A DNA stretch of 64,000 nt from Candidatus Poseidoniaceae archaeon (GCA_049438185.1 JBMTJI010000005.1:2316-66315); one strand, 5' to 3'. Numbered from the stretch's first letter, positions 39,186-48,753 are shown. Notes: generated by a model not told the origin, from the sequence alone. Numbers and translations are program-made.

Positions 39186-39502
39186 TGGTCGATGAAACAC
39201 AAGTGATGCAATCGCTGCAAGCCGTTGAAGATCCTGAATTGGATATTTCAATCGTCGATCTTGGTCTTGTCTATGCCGTTCGATTTGAACATCGTGATGA
39301 GGGGCTCCATGCTGAAATTGATTTGACACTTACTTCACCAGGATGTCCAGCAGCACCTGAGATCATGGCTGCTGCTCACAGAGCAGCTCTACAAACCGAT
39401 GGACTTGAGAGTGTCCACATCAATTTGGTTTGGTCACCTCGTTGGGATCCTCGCGTCCACGCTACAGAAGATGCTCGAATGGACATGGGCATATGGGACT
39501 AA
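39185..39502 (+). CDS. DUF59/MIP18-family Fe-S assembly protein (SufT-like)
   Basis: EDPELDISIVDLGLVY...TLTSPGCPAA is the DUF59 signature with its conserved Cys. Confidence 0.7.
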   Translation: MVDETQVMQSLQAVEDPELDISIVDLGLVYAVRFEHRDEGLHAEIDLTLTSPGCPAAPEIMAAAHRAALQTDGLESVHINLVWSPRWDPRVHATEDARMDMGIWD

Positions 39503-39973
39503 TTATTCACAAACATGAAGGGTGATTTCGTTCCCATCCTCAACACCGAGACGCTCTCGTAGGAACGGTCCCGAAATCACTTCCACCACATCGACGTGAC
39601 GTGTAAGGTCTGGAATAAGAATCGCACACTCGATCGATTGATCATTGTTTGAAATTTTTGCTCGATACGCTGTTGCCCCACCAAACGAAACACCGTCGCG
39701 CAAAAATCCACGGACTCGGAGTGCTTCAAAGGCATCAACATCCACATGGCTTGCTTGCTCAATTGAGTCCGAGTCCGCATCGAGCGTGTCAATACCGGCT
39801 TTGTTTCTCAAAGCGATGTACTGAATCAAATGGTCTTGCTCGACTTTGATATTGAGTGTTCCTGGCCAAGCAGTGGTTCCAAGGATGGTTCGGAATTGTT
39901 CTTGGTAATGTGGTTGGGACATGAAGACGTGCGCCCGACCTAACCCGCTACTGACAATTCCGTTGAGTTGCAC
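39503..39973 (-). CDS. ribK: Archaeal CTP-dependent riboflavin kinase
   Basis: GIVSSGLGRAHVFMSQPHYQEQFRTILGTTAWPGTLNIK matches the archaeal RibK N-terminal GxVxSGxGxGxxF...LGxxPxPGTLN pattern. The apparent start codon is GTG. Confidence 0.65.
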   Translation of the reverse strand: MQLNGIVSSGLGRAHVFMSQPHYQEQFRTILGTTAWPGTLNIKVEQDHLIQYIALRNKAGIDTLDADSDSIEQASHVDVDAFEALRVRGFLRDGVSFGGATAYRAKISNNDQSIECAILIPDLTRHVDVVEVISGPFLRERLGVEDGNEITLHVCE

Positions 39974-40071
39974 AATGAGACGCTAACTCCTCTCCTTTTT
40001 CATCATGCGTATTGAATCCATATCTCACAAAAACCCTTAATCAACCTCGTCGAGGAGCAATTGGTGAGACC

Positions 40072-41253
40072 ATGCCGGGCGACATGACATGGATGAAACA
40101 ACGCTTTGACGAACTCAATGAGAAGTCCCTTCTTTGGGAGCCACCAACACTCGAAGGACCCAATCAACCTCGCTGTACGATGGAAGGAAAACCAACCATT
40201 ATGCTCTCAGCGAACAACTATCTGAACCTCACCACTCATCCGAAGGTTGTCCAGGCGATGGTCGATGCTACAATGACCTATGGTGCTGGTAGCGGTTCAG
40301 TGCGAGCCATTGCCGGAACCATGGATCTGCATCTCGAAGCCGAGCGTACCGTTGCTGACTTCAAGGGCGTTGAAGCCGCCTTGATTTATTCAGCAGGGTA
40401 CACGGCAAATGTCGGACTCATTCCTACGTTGGTTCAAGGCCAACAAGACGTCATCATTAGCGATGAGCTCAATCATGGCTCGATTATCGATGGTGTTCGA
40501 TTAACGAAGGCTCGACGAGGCGTATATGCACACAATGACATGGGCGAACTTGAGGCCGTCCTACAGGCGCATGAAGATGCTGAACGAAAACTGATTATTA
40601 CCGATGGCGTGTTTTCGATGGATGGCGATTATGCACCCCTTGATGAAGTGAACAAGCTTGCTGAAGAATTCGGTGCTATGGTGTTGGTTGATGATTGCCA
40701 TGGTGAAGGCGTTCTGGGCGAAGGAGGACGAGGTATCGTTGATCATTTCAAACTCCAAGGCAAGGTGGACTTTGAGGTTGGTTCCTTTTCCAAGGCACTC
40801 GGTGTACAGGGAGGCATCCTTGCTGGGACTGAAATGACTCGAACACATGCATTGAATCATTCTCGTTCTTGGCTTCTATCAGGCTCTCAACCTCCTGGAG
40901 TGGCTGCCGCTCAAAAGGCTGCTATCGAAGTGCTCATGGAAGAACCAGAGCACCACGCAAAGTTGTGGGAGAACACCAATTACTTCCGAAAAGAATTGCA
41001 ATCACTTGGTTTTGACACAGGAGTTTCAACCACACCAATTATTCCAATCATGTGTGGTGAATCTTCCACAGCCAAAGCAATGACAACGCATCTTCAAGGC
41101 GAAGGCGTAATGGCAGGAGCCATCGTCTTCCCAATGGTTGCTCGTGACAAAGCCCGTATTCGTACACAAATGTCTGCAGGACTTTCAAAAGATGATTTGG
41201 ACGAAGTCCTCCGACTCTTGGAATCCATTGGCCCGAAAGTTGGTTTGATTTGA
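40072..41253 (+). CDS. Alpha-oxoamine synthase family pyridoxal-phosphate enzyme (2-amino-3-ketobutyrate CoA ligase / 8-amino-7-oxononanoate synthase-like)
   Basis: SANNYLNLTTHP, the AGYTANVG region and FSKALGVQGGIL (pyridoxal-phosphate Lys). Track start 40012 is TTG. The first ATG, at 40072, gives a typical N-terminal length. Confidence 0.75.
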   Translation: MPGDMTWMKQRFDELNEKSLLWEPPTLEGPNQPRCTMEGKPTIMLSANNYLNLTTHPKVVQAMVDATMTYGAGSGSVRAIAGTMDLHLEAERTVADFKGVEAALIYSAGYTANVGLIPTLVQGQQDVIISDELNHGSIIDGVRLTKARRGVYAHNDMGELEAVLQAHEDAERKLIITDGVFSMDGDYAPLDEVNKLAEEFGAMVLVDDCHGEGVLGEGGRGIVDHFKLQGKVDFEVGSFSKALGVQGGILAGTEMTRTHALNHSRSWLLSGSQPPGVAAAQKAAIEVLMEEPEHHAKLWENTNYFRKELQSLGFDTGVSTTPIIPIMCGESSTAKAMTTHLQGEGVMAGAIVFPMVARDKARIRTQMSAGLSKDDLDEVLRLLESIGPKVGLI

Positions 41254-41256
41254 ACC

Positions 41257-41871
41257 CTATTCGGATTCAAAGGCATCGACAACTTCCAGAAGTTCCGTAT
41301 CTTCCCCCGCAAGATTATCCGCTAGTTCTTCAGGCGGATTTACGTATGATTTTACACTCCCAAATGGGTTGATTCCTTCATCGATCATGCATAGAAGACG
41401 CCAACGTGGGGCCCATGAAAGATGAACATAAGCAGGACCAGGTAGCAGGAGAACAAACAAAGAAATTCCACTTGGGATATCAAGTATATTGGAATAATCC
41501 AATCCGAGAAGAGCAATTCCGAGGAAGGGCATTGGATAGAGCACAATCCTTGGGGGTGTCATAGGCATCCTATTTGAAAATGAGACGAGAATCAACGATG
41601 AGAATCCGAGAATCAAACAGGCAGACATGAACAAGGCAGAAAACAAAAGCCAATTGGAAAAGGATTCGTTGAGACTGTCGTACCTCAAGATGTACGGGAA
41701 GATCAATGCGAGACTGATGAGGAAGCCGTAGAACATACCAATATTCGCAGGATGTGACAACCATAAGGGGAGTTGAGAAAATCGTCGAGAAAGCGATGTT
41801 CCGAACAGAAGATCCTCATGTTCTGGATCAAGTTCTGAAAGAACTCCAGACCATCGAACGTGACGTTCCAT
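41257..41871 (-). CDS. Hypothetical multi-TM membrane protein
   Basis: Hydrophobic ORF. Start uncertain: the track uses TTG at 41901 and the first ATG is at 41871. Confidence 0.35.
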   Translation of the reverse strand: MERHVRWSGVLSELDPEHEDLLFGTSLSRRFSQLPLWLSHPANIGMFYGFLISLALIFPYILRYDSLNESFSNWLLFSALFMSACLILGFSSLILVSFSNRMPMTPPRIVLYPMPFLGIALLGLDYSNILDIPSGISLFVLLLPGPAYVHLSWAPRWRLLCMIDEGINPFGSVKSYVNPPEELADNLAGEDTELLEVVDAFESE

Positions 41872-41929
41872 GGGTGCGTGCTGACAGGTTGAGGTTTTCA
41901 ATGCACCCGTTGATGCATCATAGATTCGC

Positions 41930-42568
41930 CTATTCTTGACGCATCAGTTTCTTGGCAATGGGTCCTGCAGCGTCTTCAAGTTCCATTTCTTCAGGCCAGT
42001 CGCGGTCGAGTAAACCGTAATCCATGGATTCTCGATGACGAGCATCCTCAATCTCGTCTTCGACCTCATTTTGCGCATCACGTAGGGCGAGTGATTGATT
42101 CAGAAGAGCCATCGTTCGACGAAGCGTTGCACCAATGGTTTTCTCATCAGTAAAGTAGCCAAGGATGGAATAATCATCATCCATTGCAACCAAATTATAC
42201 CCTGAGAGTAAATCATCTTCGATGAGCCTGTATCGATGACTACCCGCCTTCAGCCAACGCCCATCATGCAATCGTATCATCACTTCCGCTTCTTTGTCGG
42301 AATCCAATTCCATCATTGGATGCGATGGACTTACTGCAAAAGGAGTTCGTTGCCAATCCTGCCACTGTTGCAAACCAAAGGCGAGAATCAAAAGGAACAT
42401 CCCCCCTAGGAATGCACTGACGATGGATGAGCCAAAGACAAGGATACCGAGGACTGGAACAACAAGAAAAACGCTGAACCGTAAAAACAGCGTGCGCGAG
42501 TGTTCCTGTGCTTTCGGCGTTTGTGAGAATACAATGAAATGCGAGGGAAGGCCATCATCAAACTTCAT
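41930..42568 (-). CDS. Hypothetical membrane protein (2 TM plus soluble domain)
   Basis: Track start is TTG. The adjacent ATG at 42568 overlaps the DUF309 gene stop. Confidence 0.4.
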   Translation of the reverse strand: MKFDDGLPSHFIVFSQTPKAQEHSRTLFLRFSVFLVVPVLGILVFGSSIVSAFLGGMFLLILAFGLQQWQDWQRTPFAVSPSHPMMELDSDKEAEVMIRLHDGRWLKAGSHRYRLIEDDLLSGYNLVAMDDDYSILGYFTDEKTIGATLRRTMALLNQSLALRDAQNEVEDEIEDARHRESMDYGLLDRDWPEEMELEDAAGPIAKKLMRQE

Positions 42569-42960
42569 CAATCACTCACCTCGCTGCTAAGAGGAAGTCG
42601 AACGTTTTCATAGCTTTGTTGCCATTGGCCGACATCTTCAACGTAAACAGCGATGTTCAACAGATGTTGTTCAATGTCAAATCCCCATGCTGTTTTCCAA
42701 GATGTCAACTTTGGCACCAATTTTTCCCATTGATTGGTAACACCTCGTTCTTTTTGGCGTTGATGATTGTACAGCAACGCTGCTGTCTGTATGAGGCCTT
42801 GAACAAGCAAGATTTCAGTTTGCAATGCGTTTCGACGTTTGAGTGAATTCCAAAGATCCTCCCAAGCTTCATGGGCATGCCAATACCGACCATTGTCGAA
42901 CTCATGTCGACCTTGCTCAAGCAAAACCGCTTCCTCATCAGAAAGTGGGGATGCCTCCAT
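42568..42960 (-). CDS. DUF309-family protein
   Basis: FDNGRYWHAHEAWEDLW motif. Track start 43017 is GTG. ATG at 42960 gives about 130 aa. Confidence 0.5.
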   Translation of the reverse strand: MEASPLSDEEAVLLEQGRHEFDNGRYWHAHEAWEDLWNSLKRRNALQTEILLVQGLIQTAALLYNHQRQKERGVTNQWEKLVPKLTSWKTAWGFDIEQHLLNIAVYVEDVGQWQQSYENVRLPLSSEVSD

Positions 42961-43063
42961 GTTTGGCCGAAAGCATCGACCATTGAAATGCTTCTCATTT
43001 GGCATCAAGGGACACACAGTTCAAAAGATAAAAGCAAATCTAAGGGTTAGCGGGGTGAGGTAA

Positions 43064-44740
43064 TTGGTCGATTTTATTCCAGGCGATACGTTGGAATCAA
43101 GGCGTGGCGGCGTTGACGTTCTCCGGCATCTCGCTCAAGAATTAGCAACGCTGGAACGTAATGGCTCGATTCAAATCCAACGGCATATTCCGAATGTTGG
43201 CGAACGAATTGGCCACCTGCTTATCGTTGATGGTACACTTGCTGCTGCATTTCATCAGGCCGATGTCCAACGATATGGAATTGAAGCTCTCCTTGAGATT
43301 GAATCGGATGCTTCAGCACTCGATGCATCAATGAGCCTTCACGAAATGCTGGAGTCAACGTACATCAACATCCTCTCGAAATACCCGGAGGCAAGTCTAC
43401 TTGCCGACGAGAAGGAGGAAAAAGATGAGACATGGTGGACGGCCGTTAGGACGCCACGTCGTCGGATTGAACGCGAAGAGCGTTTGCCTGAACTCAAACC
43501 CAGTGTTTCCGTTCCGGAGGCGTTGCGGCGTCGAAGTGAAGCCCGAATGCGAACCCAAGGAGGCCCTGTTCTCCAGCGAGGTCAGGCATGGCTTGAGAAT
43601 TCCATTGAACCTGACGATACCTTTCAACTGGCAAGAATCTTGATTGAAAACAACATCCCAATTCAGATTATTTCAAGACAATCACCTCCACGTATGGAAT
43701 CAACATACAACATCGAGGCCAACCATTATCGATGGCTATCTGAATCAGAACACGAATGCACACTGGAACCATCACTTGAATCGATTCGCCGGACTGTGGA
43801 GACTTTCATTGAGGAGAACACCAAAAGTGTCCTCTTCATTGAAGGCATTGAATATCTCTCTGGCATCCATGGTGAGCAACGTGTCATCGAGATGATTCGC
43901 AGCATCGTTGACCACACGCGAGCGAGTGGAAACATGCTCTTTGTTTCATCAAATCTTGAAGCGTTTACAGTTCAACAACGATCTCGATTGCAACGAGAAT
44001 TCTCCAACCTTGAGAATAATCAACTCCAATCATGGTTATTGGATACTGAACTCCTTGTGGAGCATCCATTCTTCTTGACGGTAGATGAAGATGAGGAGGA
44101 CGTTATGAATCAGCACATTGAATCCAATGTACAAGATCCTGTTTTTGCACCGCTACAAGAAGTCGAACCGCCCGTGCAGCAGGTACCTTTGCCTGTTGAA
44201 CACCAGACCATGAAAATCGATGAAGCCTTGCAATCGAAAATGATGGAATGGGCCATGGATGACGACGAGAATGCGGATGAAGGAACGGCCGTTGAGGAAC
44301 CACGCATGGTAGAGAAGCACGTCGAAATCCAAGTCAAACCCCGAACCCCTCAGCGCATGGTTCGAAAGCGAAGGCCAACCGTCAAACCAAACAAACGGCA
44401 TTCCATTGACGCAGCAGCAAATCGAGAGATTACACTTCCTTCATTACAGGAACCGGATTCTTCCCAAGCCAAACCATTTGTTCCACTCAATGCATCAAAG
44501 GAACACGTATTCCCTCCATCAAAACCTCTCCTTGACCAGCAAGGAATGAAGCAGGCTGCTGCCGTTCCTTCTGGAAAGAAAGTAGCCATTTTCCCACCCA
44601 TCAAAGCAACAGGTCATGTCCCGATTGCCATCACGAAGCCAGGACAAAGACAAGCGTCAGTCAAGAAATCACCTCATGCCCGAGAGCATGCTGCATCTTC
44701 ACAGCGTCTGCCGGATGACGACTCGGAGGGCAATGCATGA
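43064..44740 (+). CDS. Multidomain protein: N-terminal globular domain, DUF835-like central domain (recalled, needs HMM check), long low-complexity Pro/Lys-rich tail
   Basis: TTG start preceded by GGTGAGG. The central VLFIEGIEYLSGIHGEQRVIEMIRSIVDHTRASGNMLFVSS resembles the archaeal DUF835 core. The C-terminal roughly 200 aa are low complexity. Confidence 0.5.
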   Translation: MVDFIPGDTLESRRGGVDVLRHLAQELATLERNGSIQIQRHIPNVGERIGHLLIVDGTLAAAFHQADVQRYGIEALLEIESDASALDASMSLHEMLESTYINILSKYPEASLLADEKEEKDETWWTAVRTPRRRIEREERLPELKPSVSVPEALRRRSEARMRTQGGPVLQRGQAWLENSIEPDDTFQLARILIENNIPIQIISRQSPPRMESTYNIEANHYRWLSESEHECTLEPSLESIRRTVETFIEENTKSVLFIEGIEYLSGIHGEQRVIEMIRSIVDHTRASGNMLFVSSNLEAFTVQQRSRLQREFSNLENNQLQSWLLDTELLVEHPFFLTVDEDEEDVMNQHIESNVQDPVFAPLQEVEPPVQQVPLPVEHQTMKIDEALQSKMMEWAMDDDENADEGTAVEEPRMVEKHVEIQVKPRTPQRMVRKRRPTVKPNKRHSIDAAANREITLPSLQEPDSSQAKPFVPLNASKEHVFPPSKPLLDQQGMKQAAAVPSGKKVAIFPPIKATGHVPIAITKPGQRQASVKKSPHAREHAASSQRLPDDDSEGNA

Positions 44741-46563
44741 GTATTGAGCGAACCAACCGCTTGCGCATTGCTTTGCAAAAGGCCAAAGCAGGCCTATCTG
44801 ATGAACAAAAGACCAAGGCCGATAATCCTTCAAAACTCGGCCAACTCCTCAACAAGCCATCATCGGTTTCAAAGGAGCGACGGTTCATACAGTCACAACC
44901 CATCCATGAGCGCCCACTCATGAAAGCGATCACAAAGGAAATTTTGGGAGACGATGTGGCCTATAACCCGACCATTGAATTTGAACGCCAACATCCTGTT
45001 TCACGATTGAAAAATCTACGAGAACGAAGTTTCGATGATTCAATTCCAGAAGGCAGTTTAGGCGATAAAATCGGCTTTTCTTCAACCGGCCAACCACTCT
45101 GGTCATCCATTCTCGACGAACAACGTCAGATGCCTCTTAACGCCCTCGATTCGAAGTTATCAAGCCCAGTTCAAGGAGAAAGAGTTCATCACTCGACCGT
45201 TCTTTCAAGCCAATTGAATTGGCCTCAACGATTGGAAATGAACCAACGTAAAACTTTCAAGCAGTGGAACGTCAATGCTGAAAACAATCAGGCCACCATG
45301 GTGTGTGAATCAATTATCGACCATTTGGGCGACCGCCATAATCCTCACATCATCATCGGAACCAACGACACCGGCAAAAGCCATCTTTTGCATGCTACAG
45401 GTCAGAGTGGTTTGCGTTATTTTGAAGGTGATGTTCGCATTCTACGGGCAACTGAACTTCTTGATCTGGACGCCTTACCCACGGATTGGCAAGAGGCGAT
45501 TTCTACGACATCACTCCTCTTGATCGATGACGTCCACCTTATTGCAAATCATGAACATCACGCACAGAAGGTTGGTCATATCATAGACCATGCACTCAAT
45601 CTTGGTGTTCACGTATTGTGTACATCAACCTCACATCCAAGTGACTGGCCGTCGTCTCGAAGTTGGGAATTGTTACGATATGCTTCCGTTTCAATCATTC
45701 AACCCGTTTCTGATGCGAGCCTAGCGACGCACATCCGGCATCAAGCATCCCTGTTGGGCATGCTTTTTGAAGACGCACACATCATGGAGATACTCCATCA
45801 TTCAGGAGCGTCTTGGAGAGGTGTTGAAGCATCCATATCCATGCTCAAAGACGCCTATGAGCGAGGAGAGAATATCCTCGATCCCGAAGATGTTGTATTC
45901 ATTCTCAAAGGCCAATCGTCACAACAATCTACCGATGAAGACGCCATCAAGGAACCATCAATTTCTCTTGCAACGGACATCCTCAAGCGGGCAACAGATG
46001 TTGTTTACTCAGAAGTTGATGTAGGTGGCATCGAACTTCATTCTTCTGCCCTCGATGTTGAGGAGGACGATTGGGAACCAACGTTGGTGACCCCAGAAGA
46101 TCTCTCAACTGCCAATGATATGCTCGAGATGCATCTTCGTACAACTTTGGAAGAATTGACCCCAGAAGCCCCAACAGTTCTCGATGTGGATGCAAGAGAT
46201 CGTCATCTAACGCATCAACTCGGAACGATCAATGCTGATGACATTGAACGTACGGCAGATGTTCTCGCAGGAATAGATGCGAACATTGACCAGGTTTTGG
46301 CAGAGCGAGAGAGGCTCATGGTTCGTGACGACCTACGATTGCGTCACCTTGAATTCAAGATGGAAGAACTCCTCGAGCGTACTGCTCATGCAGATGCCAA
46401 TGAATTGATCGATATTGTTGATGAGTTGAGAGAGATTGAGCACGAACTCGGTTTGGTCAGCGAAGATGCGATGGAGGCCTTCGAAATGGAAGATGAGGAA
46501 ATCAAAATTGCTCACCTCTCAACCATCAAACCCGCGACTCGACTTTTGGGTGAACAAGAATGA
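44737..46563 (+). CDS. DnaA-domain-III-like AAA+ ATPase without DNA-binding domain; disordered N-terminus and acidic coiled-coil C-terminus
   Basis: ATGA overlap with the upstream gene. Walker A GTNDTGKSHLLHATG, Walker B LLLIDDVHLI and sensor region ANHEHHAQKVGHIIDHALNLGVHVLCTSTSHP. These parallel the DnaA motifs GxGKTHLLHAIG, LLIDDIQF and ANKER...IILTSDRxP. Confidence 0.55.
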   Translation: MSIERTNRLRIALQKAKAGLSDEQKTKADNPSKLGQLLNKPSSVSKERRFIQSQPIHERPLMKAITKEILGDDVAYNPTIEFERQHPVSRLKNLRERSFDDSIPEGSLGDKIGFSSTGQPLWSSILDEQRQMPLNALDSKLSSPVQGERVHHSTVLSSQLNWPQRLEMNQRKTFKQWNVNAENNQATMVCESIIDHLGDRHNPHIIIGTNDTGKSHLLHATGQSGLRYFEGDVRILRATELLDLDALPTDWQEAISTTSLLLIDDVHLIANHEHHAQKVGHIIDHALNLGVHVLCTSTSHPSDWPSSRSWELLRYASVSIIQPVSDASLATHIRHQASLLGMLFEDAHIMEILHHSGASWRGVEASISMLKDAYERGENILDPEDVVFILKGQSSQQSTDEDAIKEPSISLATDILKRATDVVYSEVDVGGIELHSSALDVEEDDWEPTLVTPEDLSTANDMLEMHLRTTLEELTPEAPTVLDVDARDRHLTHQLGTINADDIERTADVLAGIDANIDQVLAERERLMVRDDLRLRHLEFKMEELLERTAHADANELIDIVDELREIEHELGLVSEDAMEAFEMEDEEIKIAHLSTIKPATRLLGEQE

Positions 46564-47018
46564 GAGGTGCTTGGTGGGCCGATGGAGTTCGGTTCTCTTG
46601 CCAACCTGACTGCGGTCGCTGTTGCGATGAACCTGGCGGAATTGTGTATCTTTCTCGCACCGATGCACAACGGCTCGCAGACCATGCAGGCCTAAGCGTA
46701 CAAGAATATCTCAGAAGGGATTGCACAACCACCTTGGATGGACGTTATGTACTACGCTCAAACCAGTCCGATGGAATTTGTATTTATCTCGATGAGAAGA
46801 AGCAATGCACCATCTACAACGTTCGTCCTCAGCAGTGCAAAGCCTTCCCATGGTGGGCAGAAAATCTCCGCAGTAAGCGCTCATGGAACCAAGTGAAATC
46901 GACGTGCCCAGGATTAACAGCTGAGGATGCGATTCTGATCAGTGGAGATGAAATCAAACTTCATGTCCATGCTGATCGACAATCAACCCAAGGTTTTCGC
47001 GTCTGGCAAGAAACCTAA
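46560..47018 (+). CDS. YkgJ-family Cys-cluster (CxxCxxCC) protein
   Basis: CQPDCGRCCDEPGGIVYL...CIYLDEKKQCTIYNVRPQQCKAFPW. ATGA overlap with the upstream gene. Confidence 0.65.
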   Translation: MRGAWWADGVRFSCQPDCGRCCDEPGGIVYLSRTDAQRLADHAGLSVQEYLRRDCTTTLDGRYVLRSNQSDGICIYLDEKKQCTIYNVRPQQCKAFPWWAENLRSKRSWNQVKSTCPGLTAEDAILISGDEIKLHVHADRQSTQGFRVWQET

Positions 47019-47064
47019 TTCGGTGTAGTTTCGCACACCTTGCGGATTCCTTTTCGTCCTTTCC

Positions 47065-47070
47065 TTTATA
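47065..47070 (+). promoter_or_regulatory. TTTATA box upstream of the citrate synthase gene
   Basis: cctttatacgaATG. It is too close to the ATG at 47074 and well placed for a short-leader transcript starting before the ATG at 47104. Confidence 0.3.
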
Positions 47071-47103
47071 CGAATGACCGAGTTGGCTCACATCGGTGAG
47101 GCC

Positions 47104-48270
47104 ATGACTGAGGAAGCAAACCACTTGCTCAACTTGACTGAAGATCACCTTGACATCGGAATGCGAGGTGTTCCTGTCGGCACCTGTCGAACATCGTTCG
47201 TTACACCAGGTGAGGGCGTCCACTACTGTGGCTATCCAATTGCAGAACTTGCTGAGATGGCTCCTGAAGATGTTGTTTTTCTTCTCCACAACAAGGAATT
47301 GCCAACGCCAGAGCAGTCTTCTGCGTTCCGTGAAGATCTTGCCAGCCGAGCAACTATTCCCGGTGACTTAGGCCCTGTGTTCTCATCACTCCCTCAAGAA
47401 GGGCATCCCATGGATTGGCTCTCAATCGGCATTCAAACACTCGGCATGTGGGATTGCAAGAACGATTGGCGAGAAGACGCTCTCAACCTCGTTGCTCGTA
47501 TGCCTCGTATGATGGGATTGTTGTTCCGATACCGAGAAGGTCGAACCGAAAACATCCCTGAAGATGATACGAGTTTGTCGATGGTGGAGCGATTCACACA
47601 CACACTGCAACTCGATGTCGATCAAGAAAAACTTGCACGCGTTCTATCAGTGTATCTCGTTCTTCACATGGACCATGGCGGCGGAAATCTCTCAACATTT
47701 GTTGGTAAAGCCGTGGCAAGTGGCCATGCTACATTGTATTCTGCAATGGCCAGTTCAATGAATGCATTGAGTGGACCGCTGCACGGACGTGCCAACCAGT
47801 CTTGCTTGGAATTCGTTCTTCGAGTTGGAACCTCAGACTCTGAAGAAGTTGAAAAGTTCGTTCGAGGAGAACTTGAAGCAGGGCGCCCAGTGTTCGGATT
47901 TGGTCATGCTGTACTTCGCGCAGAAGACCCTCGAGCAACCGTTCAGTTCGCCCTAGGAGAGAAGATTTGTCCTGATGATGACAACTTCAAGATTATTCGA
48001 ACCCTTCGTGAAGTCGCACCACGCGTCCTCTCTGAAAACCCGAAAATCTCCAATCCAAACGCAAACGTCGATATTGCATCTGGTGCGCTCCTGCACCATG
48101 TTGGTCTTAAAGATCCAAGTTACTACACGACCTTCTTTGGGTGGGCAAGAGTTGCTGGTATTGGAGCACAAATCTACGACGAGCGGGTTGTTGTTCGGAA
48201 CGGAAAAGGTGTCCCAATCTACCGTCCGAAGTATTTCGCTCGAGACCAAGTCCTTCGACACATCGAATAA
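47104..48270 (+). CDS. Citrate synthase family protein
   Basis: LHMDHGGGNLST (compare LHSDHEGGNVSA), GPLHGRANQ and GFGHAVLRAEDPRA (compare GYGHAVLRKTDPRY). The N-terminus LNLTEDHLDIG fits the archaeal GLEDVxI start when ATG 47104 is used. The alternative start is 47074. Confidence 0.8.
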   Translation: MTEEANHLLNLTEDHLDIGMRGVPVGTCRTSFVTPGEGVHYCGYPIAELAEMAPEDVVFLLHNKELPTPEQSSAFREDLASRATIPGDLGPVFSSLPQEGHPMDWLSIGIQTLGMWDCKNDWREDALNLVARMPRMMGLLFRYREGRTENIPEDDTSLSMVERFTHTLQLDVDQEKLARVLSVYLVLHMDHGGGNLSTFVGKAVASGHATLYSAMASSMNALSGPLHGRANQSCLEFVLRVGTSDSEEVEKFVRGELEAGRPVFGFGHAVLRAEDPRATVQFALGEKICPDDDNFKIIRTLREVAPRVLSENPKISNPNANVDIASGALLHHVGLKDPSYYTTFFGWARVAGIGAQIYDERVVVRNGKGVPIYRPKYFARDQVLRHIE

Positions 48271-48648
48271 TCACGAATTGAGATCAATCTCAACGTATCC
48301 TTCATGCTCGCGAACATCGTACATCTTCAGTGGAGATGGTTTCCGAAGTTTCCCCAACATTCTTCCGTACGCAGGAAAGTACGGAGCAGGTGACCATTCT
48401 TTGATCGAACCATCTTCAGGGTGATAGGTTGTTTGATGCAATGGACATCGAAGACATCCATCCTTGATTTTTCCACCCCAATGCATTGGCCAAGCCATAT
48501 GCCGACAGAGTGCATTGCTCCCAAACAATCCCTCCTCAGTTCGCATAACGAGAACCATCTTTGTTCCAATCGCCTTTCCTTTGACTTTGTTCATTTTCAA
48601 TTTTGAAGATTTGCAAACTCGTTTCCATTTGGGCTGTCCTTCGGTCAT
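48271..48648 (-). CDS. Rieske [2Fe-2S] domain protein
   Basis: CRHMAWPMHWGG ... GCLRCPLHQTTY contains CxH...CxxH. Confidence 0.6.
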   Translation of the reverse strand: MTEGQPKWKRVCKSSKLKMNKVKGKAIGTKMVLVMRTEEGLFGSNALCRHMAWPMHWGGKIKDGCLRCPLHQTTYHPEDGSIKEWSPAPYFPAYGRMLGKLRKPSPLKMYDVREHEGYVEIDLNS

Positions 48649-48724
48649 GGTGGGAATTCATTCCTTCGACTTATCAATAGATGTTCAAATTCACAAGTGA
48701 TTTGTTTCATTTTTTGAACACCCA

Positions 48725-48730
48725 TTTATA
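48725..48730 (+). promoter_or_regulatory. TTTATA box about 24-29 nt upstream of the RND exporter ATG
   Basis: cccatttatacatgacatcgaggactttgtgtcATG. Confidence 0.3.
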
Positions 48731-48753
48731 CATGACATCGAGGACTTTGTGTC

